A stretch of 64,000 nucleotides of DNA from Haliotis rubra (lineage: Eukaryota): positions 248,001 through 312,000 of the forward strand of contig NW_025766015.1 in assembly GCF_003918875.1 (NCBI RefSeq), in the 5' to 3' direction. This document shows, piece after piece, positions 1 through 13,860 of the stretch (its first letter is position 1; the number at the start of each line of letters is the position of its first letter). Under the pieces are notes generated by a model, which saw nothing but the letters and a program-made list of their open reading frames with translations, made no database searches and had not been told where the DNA came from. The translations under genes and the position numbers were made by a program.

Positions 1-55
1 CATGGGTCTTCGGAGTAACGATCAAACGCTTAACCACTCGGCTACCCCATCTCCC
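1..55 (-). mobile_element. SINE family A, head only (window edge)
   Basis: Reverse complement of ggggtagccgagtggttaagcgtt... Confidence 0.7.
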
Positions 56-267
56 ATGCTTCAGGCGAGTGTTCGTTTACATCACGAGGGATCGGCTGCA
101 TTTATATCCATGCCGTGAATCGCTTACTTTCAGCAGCGAACAGGTCCAAACAGCGAGAATTAACGTCAGCCTAAGTTCCAGCTAATACACCAATACTCTC
201 CAGGATCAAGGCTCCGAGGAAGGATATTGTCACACAATAAACTGAAGCCCCTACTTTCTGTGCTTAC

Positions 268-405
268 TCCAAAACAAGTCGCCCAAAATGTCTAGAATTG
301 TGTATAGACGCTTCAAGCAATGCTTCTTCGTGAGAATTAGAATGTCAGTTGTCTGTCCTGAACGAACCATATGACCATCATTAACAAGGACAGACAATGG
401 GAACA
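268..405 (-). CDS. Candidate exon of unidentified minus-strand gene: (V)FPLSVLVNDGHMVRSGQTTDILILTKKHCLKRLYTILDILGDLFW
   Basis: Minus-strand acceptor ttcgcccttttcacAG and donor GTaagc; 138 bp, phase 1-1, open frame, phase-compatible with exon 6245-6358. Confidence 0.4.
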
Positions 406-1284
406 CTGTGAAAAGGGCGAATGGGTTATTCAGTGAACAAAGGTCACGGTCTGGGAGGTCATGGGGGAACGGCTGGATGACGTCACGAGTTCTCCCCGAG
501 GCTTGTCTGTGGACATCAAGTGCTCTGTTTTGGTTCAGTTTTAATGCTAACTGGGTAATTGCTTGAATATTTAAAACAGAGGCATTAAACATTACTCACT
601 CACTTACTCACAGCTGACTGAAGTAAGTGGCTACATTTACACTAGTGAGTTTAAACTTTTGATGGGGAGTATATGAATGGATATAATATTAATTACAGAT
701 TGATACTGTATTATTTTTTTTCAAAATGTAAATTGGTCTCCCATTTGCGTAGATCGACGCTCATGATATCAATCACTGGATTGTCCTGTCCAGATTCGAT
801 TTATTTGCATACCGTCGTCATATATCTTGAAAATTGAGTGTCGCGTCAAACAACAAGCAAACAAATAAACAGTCAAATGTAAATGTGTTGAAAGAAATAT
901 TTCACCAAATTCATCATTCAAATCACATTTTCTCATCGACAGTAATGGCGCTGTTGCTGAAATCACATGTGGTAGAGGGGTAAGCATCAAATTATATAAT
1001 TTGTAAATCTGCTTTGTCAAGTAAGATGTTCATGTTGTGAGACGCACATTATGCTTGAATATAACTAAGAGCGCTATTTAACGATATTGTCCCTAACTAC
1101 AAATGCGCCGGTTTCTCATCATTGTCTCCTACAACACAATCATGACAACGTTGTATAGGTATTATCACTCCAACTACACATGTGGGAGTTCTCATCACTT
1201 GAAATAACGCTTAGTTCCAGAAACAACTTACATCAGAGTTAGATGATTAGTGAGACAAGGGCAGCTGCAGGTCTTGAACCAGTA

Positions 1285-1443
1285 GGGACGGTTGGGTAGT
1301 CTGGTGGTTAAAGCGTTCGCTCGTCACGCTGAAGATATGGGTTCGATTCCCCACATGGGTACAATGTGCGAAGCTCATATCTGGTGTCCCCCCGACGTGA
1401 TAATGCTACCAGCGGCGTAAATAAACTCACTTACTCACTCACT
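1285..1443 (+). mobile_element. SINE family A (tRNA-derived, GTC anticodon-like loop)
   Basis: A box tagtctggtgg, B box ggttcgattcc, body ctggtgtccccc, (actc)n tail. Confidence 0.9.
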
Positions 1444-1494
1444 TGTACCTTTACCACTTTCACTGTTGGTATCGTTCTGACAGACATAATCAGG

Positions 1495-1707
1495 TTTGTT
1501 GTTTAACGCCGCACTCAGCAATATTCCAGATACGTGATGGCGGTCTGTAAATAATCGAGACTGGATCAGACAATCCAATGACCAACAGCATGAGGATCAA
1601 TCCACGCATTTTGGGACACGATGACATGTGTCAACCAAGTCAACGAGCCTGACAAGTCAATCACTCTCGGTTGCCGAAGACCATTTCTAAGCCGGATCTT
1701 CACGGGT
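1495..1707 (-). mobile_element. Retroposon family B with 11-bp TSD
   Basis: TSD acataatcagg at 1484-1494 and 1708-1718; 5' end acccgtgaagatcc. Confidence 0.92.
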
Positions 1708-2155
1708 ACATAATCAGGCGAAGTTTGGTGTTACTCAACACCACTGTCTGTCGTCACAGTTGTTTCACGTTTGTCATGAAAGTACAACTTAACCTTCAGT
1801 CATTATGTAAGAATCACAGCAAATGTTATGTGGTATAAGTGAAGGTCTTATTTGGGACGGATACGAGATTCAAACGAATGATTGTGACAGGCAGGGGACG
1901 CAACTCTACTATCGAGTTATTGCGCCAGTTTGGGTTCTATTTCGAAGTCAAGGTGGCATACCAGGCATCTCACCTGTGTTTATTCCTCCGTATTAAGTTT
2001 CTGTATTAACCGGTATCTATAGTGCAAATAGTACCTGCACACAACTTCTGTGGGAAGACTATTTATGTTATTTTGTTTTGACGTCTTGGTAACGATGACG
2101 TCACAAAAGTCTACAAAGTACTGTGGCGCAATTGATTCCTGTGTAAGCAGGTCAT

Positions 2156-2460
2156 TGAGTGAGTGAGCGAGCAGGTTTTACGCTGCTTTTAGCAATATTT
2201 CAGCAATATGACAGCAGGGGTGACCTGAAATTGGCTTCACAAATTGTACCTACATTGTGAATCGAATCTGTTGATTGAAGTAAGCTTAAAGTGAGTTAGC
2301 GAGTTGAGTTGGGTTTTTTTTTTTTCAAACCGCCTTTAGCAACATTCCAACAATTTCAGGGCGGTGACACCACTAACTGTCCTCACACATTGTACCCGTG
2401 ATGAAATCGAACCCCGGCGTGACGAGCGATCACTGTAACCACTAGGCTACCCCACCTCCC
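2156..2460 (-). mobile_element. Two adjacent decayed SINE A copies (2156-2270, 2291-2460)
   Basis: Reverse-complement matches to the family A consensus. Confidence 0.8.
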
Positions 2461-5400
2461 AGGCATAAAGCTATCGTTGTTTCAGTGTTCACAAGGCAAG
2501 AATAACTCTTCAGATCGTCTATAGCTTATTACTGCTCATGCTTTAAGATGAAGGATGGATTTAGATTTTTAAAATGGTATTGATTTATTACAAACTTAAC
2601 CCATCTGAAGGTAAGTTTTTCTACAACTTCTTGCTGAGGTAGCTATTTTTGTTTAACGCTCTTGTATGCTTAATTAAGCTGAATCGCTGTGTGTCAGCTT
2701 GATACAGGGGATCGTGACTTAGGAGGGCTACTACGCTGATTAAAAACTATGTGCACTGACATGATACAACCAGAAACGGAATGTGAATCCACGATCAGCT
2801 CAGGATTCGAACTCGACCACAGAGGCAGCCATACGCAGAGTCCCAAACCATCTTCCTCCAAAGATTAAGCACCTCAAATAAAAATTACTAGAAACAACAA
2901 TCACATTAAATAGTGGGGCCTAGTGGGTACAGTCGTCGCTCGTCATGAAGAGTTCCGGGTTCGATTTCCCACATGGTCACAACTTGTAGAGATCATTGCT
3001 AGTGTCCTCCTCCGTGACATAACGGGCGTAAAACCATACTTAAAATTGTAAAACGTAATACCTGTAGACAGGTTTGAACTACAGTTCATCTCACTAAATC
3101 CCCCTCTGATGTTACACTTAGTCATTAATTTCCCTTAGTTTTAATCAAAGTTTACACGATACCGCTCTTGGAATATTTGGTGTTTTCTATCAAGAACCTG
3201 ACCACTGGACAATTGTGGTCACACTTTTGATATTTCCCAAAACCATTAATGGCCAAATTTGATCATTTAATCACCCTCAAGAAATGTCCATTCCTGTTAA
3301 ATGTCTGTCCCACACTTATTAGCATTACGTAAATACTAAAGACACATAGGGGCGCTACCTCGACCTCACCCTTCGGGTTTACAGACAATGCCTAACAGAT
3401 ATAGATATAGGCTGCCAAAATACAATAACTGCGGACTTTGATGTTCAAGAAGAAGGATTACCATTACAAACTGTCTGACATGCAAGACATTGTATTGAAA
3501 GTAATTATCTTGAATGTAAATGATTACAACGAACCATTTTGGTAAAACACTTCTCGTTCAAGCATCATTATCAACTGCTTCTGCATCTTCGCCAAGCAGC
3601 GTTGTCAGTTACACGTCGTCATCACGGCGGCAGGTCTGGACACATGTTAACACTCCTTTAACATGTGAAGCGAAGAGGTTGTAATTGCCTTCCAAAACAC
3701 TTAAGGCGCTTGGTGTTTAAACATTGTTTAAGAAGTTACTATGAATAGAAGCACTACGTGCCACCGTACCCTGACGTATCGCAAGCTTTACCTCTCCTCA
3801 AAATCAAAATCATTTATTGAAATGCACCCAAAGAACGGTAATTCTGTATTTACCTACAAGATTTGAAGCAAATGGAAGTACAGCAAGATGTCAAATATGA
3901 TGTATAGCTTCATCAGGGAGTAATTCAAACGTCGACCCTTTGCTACGAAACATTCCCAAATCAATGTTTAACTGACATAAATTGTCTATCTTACTGATAG
4001 TAGTTCAGATTGTGTACATCTGAAAGCAACTTTATTAAACAAAGTTCTGTATGATGTGAATTGTCAAAGATTAAGACATCTTTCCCAGCGTTGTAGTGGG
4101 CCTAAGCACATTTACATTTAAGGTCATACATAGATTTGCCGCAGTCAGTTTGTCAGCATCAAGACTATACTTCATAATTCAAAGAAACAGAGGTAATAAT
4201 AGCTCCAATTTTGGGCCGAATTGCCCAGGCGGATATAGAATTACGCCAAAAATGTATGGGAACTTTGTCTGCATGGATGGAATTAGCCAAATGATTTCTT
4301 CATATTACTTGGCCGATGTCGATAGACTTGGCTGTAGGAATCGCTCTGGCACTTTGTACCGCCAAAAGTCATTTGATTTCTACATGTTATTGATTGCTTC
4401 GTGGCTCTTTATTCGCGGCAAAACATGGATGACTGTGAACCTTCATTAGCCGGTGATTGAAGCTTGAGTTGAGAATACCTTCCTCCTACCCGCTCATCCG
4501 TTGTCTTTCATACGTCTACCACCACATTAGGTCTGATGCAGTTTTAAGTAGCTTAGAGTTTTTAAAATTTCGCAATTAAGAACAAAAAGATAGAAGACCT
4601 AAGGGGGGCAACTCGTGAATTCCTTCCAAGAAACAAAGAAGAGGAGATCGTTAATCGATAATTCGATGATGCCTTTTTGGGATAAGGGTGCCACATTGTC
4701 GTATTGTGGACAAGGAGACTAAATAGTTGCTTTACATATCACTGGCTGATGTCGAGTGTCTGTATATGCATTTGGCATGCTTGGTTGGTTCAGCGGTGAT
4801 AGCGCACTTCTAATGAACAGTACTAGCAGACGACACACCAATCAATACTTTCGACAGCTGCGGCGCGGGTCCCGCTACTACCCACGGTTTAATAAAGATT
4901 CCTCGCCCGGTCCAGAGGTTATTTCAACAGGGAAACCTGGTCGCCCAAGGGTGCCTAGCTCTCTGATTTGCCAAAAGAGAAAAGCCTTTTCAAAAGTCTA
5001 ATCTCAGTTCCTTTGGACGGGTTATTGAATTGTTCCGTTGTGGCTACAGAGAGGGCTGCGGAGGTGGTTGTGTGCTCAGAGAAGGATTTTATTGCATTGG
5101 CGGACTGTTCAGTAAACTTGTAGAGATACTTCAAAAGTTTGGAGCACGCTTTCTCGGAGCGAGGCGACTATCACTCTCCCATTGGAAGTCTAAAAACAGT
5201 TGCATTGGCTCATGGATACTTTCGTGTTGAGCTGTCGCTACTTGAAGAGGAGTATGAACTAGGAGGACACTAAATGAGTCGAGAGAATGGATGTTTTGAA
5301 CTTGGGGATTCTTATAACAGGTGGGTGGACGTTTAAGAGCTTTTTGACTCCTAAGAGCATTCGTCATTAACACGTCTCGCGTATGTTTAATTGAGCATAT

Positions 5401-6244
5401 ACATTCCTCGTAAATACTCTAGTTTTTATTCATTTGCTTCTTGAAAATAGGTTTGAATGATTCATTACTGTAACTGGTTTACGATTATGTGTGTCAATGT
5501 AATTCAATTGAATTAACGTATTGATATTTCCCATTCCTCGTTTTCAGTCTTTGTGTGATGAAATCACATTCTGTCAGTTTTTAATCGTGGAGGTTCGATT
5601 AAACTGTACGTTCAGGTTGGATGTAAATGTACCATTTTGACATTAATTAGCAGCTTCGATTGCATTAGGTTATCAAGTGAGGTAATAAAGATTATTACGT
5701 GATGTGATTAAATTTAATCATTTTTAATTCATAATGATAGGGAGACTTATAAAGAGTCACTTTAGTTACGATACTAGGTAGAGTAGTATAAGTTAGAGCA
5801 AAAATCTCGTATTGAAATACAAGTGGATTATGTAATAACGAATCGTCTGTGCGTCTGCTGACATTACCCTGGTTGTTCAGTATGGTGATATATAGGTATG
5901 AGTAAGGTTTACTGTTGAACTTGTAAAACTCTCATATTGAGCGTGTTTTCCCTACTTTCATTCAACATGCTTATAATGAAAAGTACCGAACATACCTTGT
6001 TAATTACAAAATGAATTTTGTCAATATGTGTTGATCGCCAACCTTAAGCTAATTGGGCATTGAACCAGCGCTTATCTGACATCGATTTCGTCTACATTAC
6101 CTCATTAAACATATACATGTCTAATTTGAAGACCAGAACTGATTACGGCAAGCCAAAAACTATCATGGGACTACGACGGTTTCCGGCAGTACTCTTGGGA
6201 CTCATTACTAGCCATAGATCACCGTCAGTACCTGGCCAATTTAC

Positions 6245-6358
6245 CAACGCTGTCATCGTGATTTCTCTTTGAAGTAACGCCCTGTAATTCCCTTCTCTTT
6301 CTTCGAAGCACTCCCACGTAGATATCGGCTCTCTTAATATCTTCTTCATCGTCACAAT
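6245..6358 (-). CDS. Candidate exon: (D)CDDEEDIKRADIYVGVLRRKRRELQGVTSKRNHDDSV
   Basis: Acceptor tactttctacAG, donor GTaaat; 114 bp, phase 1-1; contains RRKRR furin-type site; joins in frame to 17045-17159. Confidence 0.5.
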
Positions 6359-6900
6359 CTGTAGAAAGTATTGTCGTAAAGCATGGCATACTCCACATGC
6401 TATAAACGGACGATACACATTGTCTCATACTTTTTGTGTCATCTGAAATCCTGATGACTTTGTTTTAGTTGAAAAATGACGAATGAAATATTCTGACAGG
6501 TGTGATCAAGGAAATGAAAGATAGCATGTCCGAGATTGATACAGCTTTGACAGAAACATGTTTTCATGTACACGGAATGAGAATTTATACCACAATAGAA
6601 TTGGATTTATTTGCTGAAGAGACATTACATGCAGAGAAATTGTCGTGACATGTATGTATCATTTTGTATGAAGCAAAGGAGCATCACTGATAGCTTCTCG
6701 TGAAGGTGGAGTAATGAGTGTTTGGGCCATATAATTGAGACTAATCGTCCTCTTCATTTCACAATATGTAAATAATGTATGTGTGTGTGCGTGCGTGCGT
6801 GTGTCTGTGTCTGTGCCGTGATGCCAAATACGACCTGACAGCGAACGACTGCATGTAGTTCAGCCTTGGTAATGCCGTCATATTTAGTTCTATCTTAGCA

Positions 6901-7056
6901 GGGGCGGCGGGGTAGCCTAGTGGTTAAAGCGTTCGCTCGTCACGCCGAAGACCCGGGTTCGATTCCCCACATGGGCACATTTCTGGTGTCCCCCGCCGTG
7001 ATATTGCTGGAAAATTGCTAAAAGCGGAGTAAAACTAAACTCAGTCAGTCAGTCAG
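6901..7056 (+). mobile_element. SINE family A with 12-bp TSD
   Basis: Near-consensus head; TSD tctatcttagca at 6889-6900 and 7057-7068; (agtc)n tail variant. Confidence 0.95.
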
Positions 7057-7486
7057 TCTATCTTAGCAAGGTGCGTGGATGTGTACTACAGTCTTGGCAA
7101 TGCCTGTGTACCTCAGCCCCGTGTACCTGCAGCCCCGTGTAAGGCTCATAGAATTAGAACATTACGAAAGTGTGGAATTCCTGGTTTCGCATGTGTCACA
7201 TTATACAGTACAGGACTGACTATCGCCCCTCGGTAAACCTTTTAAATATGTGTTCTTAAACAAATGACAGTCTACTTTCTATATACACAGGATTATATAT
7301 GATGCACCCCAAACCAACCACACATTTCGAGCATCACATGTACCTTGCAGGCTCCCTGTGTATCATATACCTTGAACAAAATTCAATTACATGGATCTTG
7401 AGCAAGCGTCCCGCGTGGGTCCGTGTGGATCATAAGGATCGACCTAACAGATTGGGCATTACCTTCTCTGTGACCAGTTTAGTGGC

Positions 7487-7677
7487 GTGACGTCGTACAC
7501 TTATGGTGACGTCGTACACTTACGGTGACGTCATACACTTATGGTGACGTCGTACACTTATGGTGACGTCGTAAACTTATGGTGATGTCATACCCTTATG
7601 GTGACGTCGTACACTTATGGTGATGTCGTACACTTATGGTGACGTCATATACTTATGGTGACGTCATACACTTATGG
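7487..7677. repeat. 19-bp minisatellite (gtgacgtcgtacacttatg) x ~10
   Basis: Direct tandem periodicity of 19. Confidence 0.95.
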
Positions 7678-9789
7678 CATGATTCGGTGTTCATAATATC
7701 AATCACTGCAGTATGTACACTCGACTTTAGGAGTAGCAGGATTGTAGAGTACTGCGTTAAACAACAAAACAACACAATAAGAAACCATTAAATAACCTCA
7801 TAGTATAACGCAATGGTTAATCAATGGACCATAGTTAAGAAATGGACACACTACCCACTTTACGTTAAACCTTTTGCTGCCAAACTACCATATTTCCACA
7901 TGAAAATATTCAAAGTTTCATCATTAATTTTAAAAAACGAATTACAAAAACCAAAACACCTCAGCAGCTATTGCACGTTATACTTCTGTGTACGTCAACC
8001 AGGCATAAGAACAATGCACTAAGCTCTTGAAAAATCATTATCTGTAGTTTTTTATCTTCCTTCATTGCTATCCCTAGTTGTTCTGGGACCTGAGCCCATG
8101 CTGAGAGGATATTGGTTCACTTCAAACATGCTGCAGTTCACTTCCTTGCTTGGCTATAAACGCTGGTTTTATGTCTTCACGTGGATTCTAAACTGTGCCC
8201 AATTTGAAAATCGAAAATCTTTGAAACACCTTTAAGTACAATTCTGTGTTTTGTTTGAGGGAACGTAGCTCTGTGTTTTCGTGAACATATCAGGTTTCTA
8301 ATTCAAACCCATAATTAAGGAAATAAGGCATCGAAATATCGTTAGCTGCTGATCATTATGAGGGCAACGTTCAATGATTGGTTTGATCACAATTTCCAGT
8401 AATTGTACCTTGACTTATGCTGTGTTTGAGGATTTTCGCATTATCTCTTTCAGCGAATCTAGGTCAGCGTGTGAATTGTTCCAATTACTTGTCCATTTGG
8501 GTATACATAATGTTCAATAATACACCCAAAGCCTTTTTATCAAAATATCTAGCTGACTTTCTATATTCATATAGGAAAAAGAATGAACACCTTGTGCCTA
8601 AATACCAAATTGATGTATGTCATTAAATTCAGACACCTCTACCTGTGAATATACAAAGTATTGATGGCTACAAAATTGTCCTTGTCATACAAAATGACAT
8701 ACAAAGAATGCCTTGGAATATTGATGGCAGGTTACCGACCGACGGTATAAGTTACAGAAATACAGACTGCGAGAGAAAAAAACGGACGTGTTGAAAAATC
8801 GAAGAAAGCATGTGCTTCAATAGGCCAGTATCATTAAGTGAATCTTCAGTTGACAGTTTTTTTTCTGCTAACACACTCTATCTAAAAACGAAGACGACCA
8901 CAATAGCTGCGACTTGTCTCTAACAACCAATGTCTCATCTAGCCGGTTCCTGAAATGTCAGCTTGGGCTGTGAAGAAGTTGAACATTATTTTATCACGCT
9001 ATGTGGCTTCCTTGGATATTGTTCGTTCCTCTCGGCAACGAAACACGCCGTAATTAAAATGCGGGCGGTGCTGCAGCAGTAGCGGGGTACATTTCCTGTT
9101 TGATAGTTCGAATAAATGTCATTTCTCAGTGTTCAGTTCAATGTTGAACACGAGTGGCCAATATGATTTTCTAAATTGTCTCTCTTAATGGTGGCAGGAT
9201 CCCCTGGTTGTGGGTTCGAATCTCAGATTTCAGACCAAGGATAATTGGAGCCAGCAGACAGATGTGTTATTACAGAGTTTGGAATAATTCATATAGATGC
9301 ATCCCTTTGTAAAGACTTTCAGATTGCGATACAGAGATTCACAGATGGTTTATTTATAGTTTCAAGATAATTCGAAACGGTTCCTGCAAATGGGTTCGAT
9401 TGGAGAAACTTTCAGATGACGGTACGTAGGTTAACAGTATCATCTTCATATAGGCCGATTAAAGGAGTTCTTCACATCAAAGATACACTGGTTTATAGCG
9501 AGTCCACACGGAATAAGACGGGATAAGCAAACGCCCATCATTAATGAGAATTCCTGCCTACTAATCCCTATTAATGTTACTTCACGTTTCTGTATTAATC
9601 TGCGCCCCAAAGAGAATCTTCACGCACGCAGTACGATGTTGTCTGAATATATGTGGATATGCAGTTCGTGTTGTGTACACGTCAGATCTCATAATTGTTA
9701 TTGAGTGTTGGTCCGACAGTAACTCATGATGGCTTCCATTGAGGTATTGGTGAATTTATGGTAATTTAGGACGCAGTAATACCTTGCAT

Positions 9790-9956
9790 GTGGATGCATA
9801 TACACATGCATACATGCACACACACTCCTGCTCACTTGCATACATACATGTATACATAATGCGTACGTACGTACGTACATACGTGCGTGTGTGTGTTCGT
9901 TCATTCGTGCGGACGAGGATATACAAACATGCATACACACACATACAGACGTACGT
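9790..9956. repeat. Mixed (CATA)/(CGTA)/(CA) microsatellite running into a gap
   Basis: Direct inspection. Confidence 0.85.
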
Positions 9957-10412
9957 NNNNNNNNNNNNNNNNNNNNNNNNNNNNNNNNNNNNNNNNNNNN
10001 NNNNNNNNNNNNNNNNNNNNNNNNNNNNNNNNNNNNNNNNNNNNNNNNNNNNNNNNNNNNNNNNNNNNNNNNNNNNNNNNNNNNNNNNNNNNNNNNNNNN
10101 NNNNNNNNNNNNNNNNNNNNNNNNNNNNNNNNNNNNNNNNNNNTGAGAACAGGTTTATATATGTCTATCAATATTCTTTCATCCTTACTTTGACGTCACT
10201 GTGACGTCACTACGCCGCAGGTAATAGCTTAATGTTTTTGTAAGTATATTTTTATGTATACTATGTGTAGAAGGTACTTGAAATTATTTCATAAATCATA
10301 TACTCCACTTGGGAAATGACATGTCTTGATATTGACATATTCAATGGTATGCTGACTTAATGGGAAACGCCTTTGGGTACTTGTGGGAGTCATATGATGC
10401 TCAGAGTAACTA

Positions 10413-11926
10413 TACTCTCTCAAAAGAAACGCAACCCCTATCTAAATATCTGACATCATTTCTAGAATAAAGATGGTGAATGTAAATTAGAATTTTCTTC
10501 AAAATACTGTTAATACGTTCCCATCTGATCAGTATAAGCTCCCAAACGGAACCAGTTTCACACATGATGACCTTTGTATCCGTGTTATTTGAGAAAGTGC
10601 GAAATTATCATGTACAAAATGCTAAAAGCCTGTTGCACATGCAAATCGCTGAAAACACAGTTCATGTAGAGGGTTTTAAAAGCACGCGTAGTTTGTAATT
10701 TTTCTCTCATAATTTGCTCTGCAAATCAAGTTCGAAAATGCCCCGTTTGAGTACAGCAAATCGAAATATTGCCATTGGTCGCATTGAGGCCGGGGAAAGC
10801 TTTGGAACAGTTGCCCGTCATCTAAACGTACACAAAACAACAATCTCACGACTTTGGAATCGTTACACACAGTTCCATGCAATTGAAGATCGTCCTAGGA
10901 GCGGTAGACCTAGGATCACCACACCGGCTCAGGATCGCTTTATTCGACTCAGCCACCTACGTAATCGGCATGCCACACCCACCATCACTGCAACACAGGT
11001 GCCAGGTTTGAGGAGAGTATCGGCCCAAACCATCAGGAACCGTTTACATGAGGCAAATTTACGTGCAAGAAGACCAGTTGTTGGGCCAACGCCAACATCG
11101 ACGCCAACGTCTCAGGTGGTGTACTAACGTAAGGAGATGGACCCTAAGAAACTGGAGAAGAGTCTGGTTTAGTGACGAGTCTCGTTTTCTTCTTCAACGA
11201 CGTGACGGTAGACAACGTGTCTATAGACGAGCAAATGAACGTTTTGCACCGAACTGCGTTCGACAGGTCGACAGATTTGGAGGAGGAAGCATCATGGTAT
11301 GGGGAGCCATGTCTTACAACCAACGGTCAGACTTGGTCATCATTCGTGGCAATTTGACGGCACAACGGTACATTGATGACGTCTTACAGCCACATCTTCT
11401 GCCGATAATCGACCAACAGAGGGAGTTGTTTCAACATGACAATGCCCGCCCTCATACAGCTCAGTAACAGTGGCATTCCTACAGAATTCAAACGTCAACG
11501 TGATGCCGTGGCCCTCCAGATCGCCAGACATCAATCCTATCGAACATCTGTGGGACCAGCTGGATCGTCGTGTTCGTGCACGTACACCACAACCGCACAC
11601 GTTGGTTGAACTGGCCGCAGCACTCCAGGAAGAGTGGAGAGCAATCCCCAGGAAAACATCCGCCGTCTGATTCGTTCTGTTCCGAGGAGGTGCACTGCTG
11701 TGATTAGAGCTCGTGGCTCTACAACGAGATACTGAAGACAACGCCCCTAGCGTAAATTGAGAGTTCGATACTGACCTGCATTAACTGTTACCTTATACCG
11801 TGCTGACCTAAGGTTCACCATGTCAAATTTCATGGCATTATCTTTAAAAATACAAATGTAATAACCAGTTAAAATTGATATAAACATTACCAAAAAACAG
11901 GGGTTGCGTTTCTTTTTGAGAGAGTG
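10413..11926 (+). mobile_element. Tc1/mariner (DD34E) DNA transposon, full length, inactivated
   Basis: ~27-bp TIRs (t/c)actctctcaaaa(a)gaaacgcaacccct at both ends; TA on the left flank; internal transposase. Confidence 0.95.
10738..11735 (+). pseudogene. Tc1 transposase pseudogene
   Basis: MPRLS...HTH...RSGRPR, WFSDESRF, FQHDNARPH, WPSRSPDINPIEHLW motifs; frameshift near 11085, stop at 11465-11467, frameshift near 11655. Confidence 0.93.
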
Positions 11927-12034
11927 ACTATAACGTTTTATTCCGTCAATAGCAAATTTGATTACTCTCCGTACTGTTTTGAAACAACGCTTGGTACGAC
12001 TTGGTACTCCCTTCGTCATGCTCTCAGTAGTCTA

Positions 12035-13860
12035 TACCGGGCAGTTACTCTATACTCCATGCACTTTACACAAGGCAGTTATTACATACTTCATGTACTC
12101 CATACCAGGCAGTTACTCGATACTTCATGCACTCCATACCAGGCAGTTACTCAATACTTCATGCACTCCATACCAGACTTACTCTCAATACTTCATGCAC
12201 TCCATACCACAGGTAGTTACTCCATACTTCATGCACTCCATACCAGGCAGTTACTCAATACTTCATGCACTCCATACCAGGCAGTTACTCCATACTTCAT
12301 GCACTCCATACCAGGCAGTTACTCCATACTTCATGCACTCCATACCACGCAGTTACTCCATACTTCATGCACTCCATACCACACAGTTACTCCATACTTC
12401 ATGCACTCCATACCACGCAGTTACCCCATACTTCATGCACTCCATACCAGACAGTTACTCCATACTTCATGCACTCCATACCACGCAGTTACTCCATACT
12501 TCATGCACTCCATACCAGGCAGTTACTTAACACTTCATGCACTCCATACCAGGCAGTAACTCCACACTTCATGCACTCCATACCAGACAGTTACTCCACG
12601 CTTCATGCACTCAATACCAGACAGTTACTCCACACTTCATGCACTTCATACCAGGCAGTTACTCCACACTTCATGCACTCCATACCAGACAGTTATTCCA
12701 TTCTCCATGCACTTCATATCAGACAGTTGCTCCATACTTCATGCACTCCATACCAGACAGTTACTCCATACTTCATGCACTTCATACCAGACATTTGTTC
12801 CACACTTCATGCACTTCATACCAGACCGTTATTCCATACTCCATGCACTTCATACCATACAGTTACTCCATAATTCATGCACTTCATACCAGGCAGTTAC
12901 TCCATACTTCATGCACTCCATACCAGGCAGTTACTCCATACTTCATGCACTCCATACCAGACAGTTACTCCATACTTCATGCACTCCATACCAGGCAGTT
13001 ACTCCATACTTCATGTCTTCAATATCAGACCGTTACTCCATACTTCATGCACTCTAAGCCAGACAGTTACTCCATACTTCATGCACTCCATAGCAGACCG
13101 TTACTCCATACTTCATGCACTCTAAGCCAGACAGTTGCTCCATACTTCATGCACTCCATAGCAGACCGTTACTCCATACTTCATGCACACTATACCAGGC
13201 AGTTACTCCATACTTCATGCACTCCATAGCAGACCGTTACTCCATACTTCATGCACTTCATACCAGACAGTTGCTCCATACTTCATGCACTCCATAGCAG
13301 ACCGTTACTCCATACTTCATGCACTTCATACCAGACAGTTGCTCCATACTTCATGCACTCCATAGCAGACCGTTATTCCATACTCCATGCACTTCATACC
13401 AGACAGTTGCTCCATACTTCATGCACTCCATAGAAGACCGTTACTCCATACTTCATGCACACTATACCAGGCAGTTACTCCATACTTCATGTCTTCAATA
13501 TCAGACCGTTACTCCATACTTCATGCACTCTAAGCCTGACCGTTACTCCATACTTCATGCACTCTAAGCCTGACCGTTACTCCATACTTCATGCACTCCA
13601 TAGCAGACCGTTACTCCATACTTTGTGCACACTATACCAGGCAGTTACTCCATACTTCATGCACTCCAAGCCAGACAGTTACTCCATACTTCATGCACTC
13701 CATAGCAGACCGTTACTCCATACTTCATGCACTCCATACCAGACAGTTACTCCATACTTCATGCACTCCAAGCCAGACAGTTACTCAACACTTCATGCAC
13801 TCCATAGCAGACCGTTACTCCATACTTCGTGCATTCCGTACCAGGCAGTTACTTCATACG
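12035..13860. repeat. 34-bp minisatellite (ccatacttcatgcactccataccaggcagttact), roughly 54 copies
   Basis: Tandem period 34 built from 16+18-bp subunits that both start ctccatac. Confidence 0.97.

Noticed and set aside
6901-6975. tRNA-Asp gene
   Set aside because: The tRNA-like head is fused to a SINE body, tail and TSD, lacks a proper acceptor stem, and occurs in many diverged copies.
9698-10204. ORFs spanning N-gaps (also 14704-15823 and 39952-40388) and SL/RE-repeat ORFs at 39212-39673
   Set aside because: Artefacts of unknown bases and microsatellites.
12035-13860. CRISPR-like appearance of the 34-, 40- and 83-bp arrays
   Set aside because: Head-to-tail repeats without unique spacers, no cas genes, eukaryotic context.
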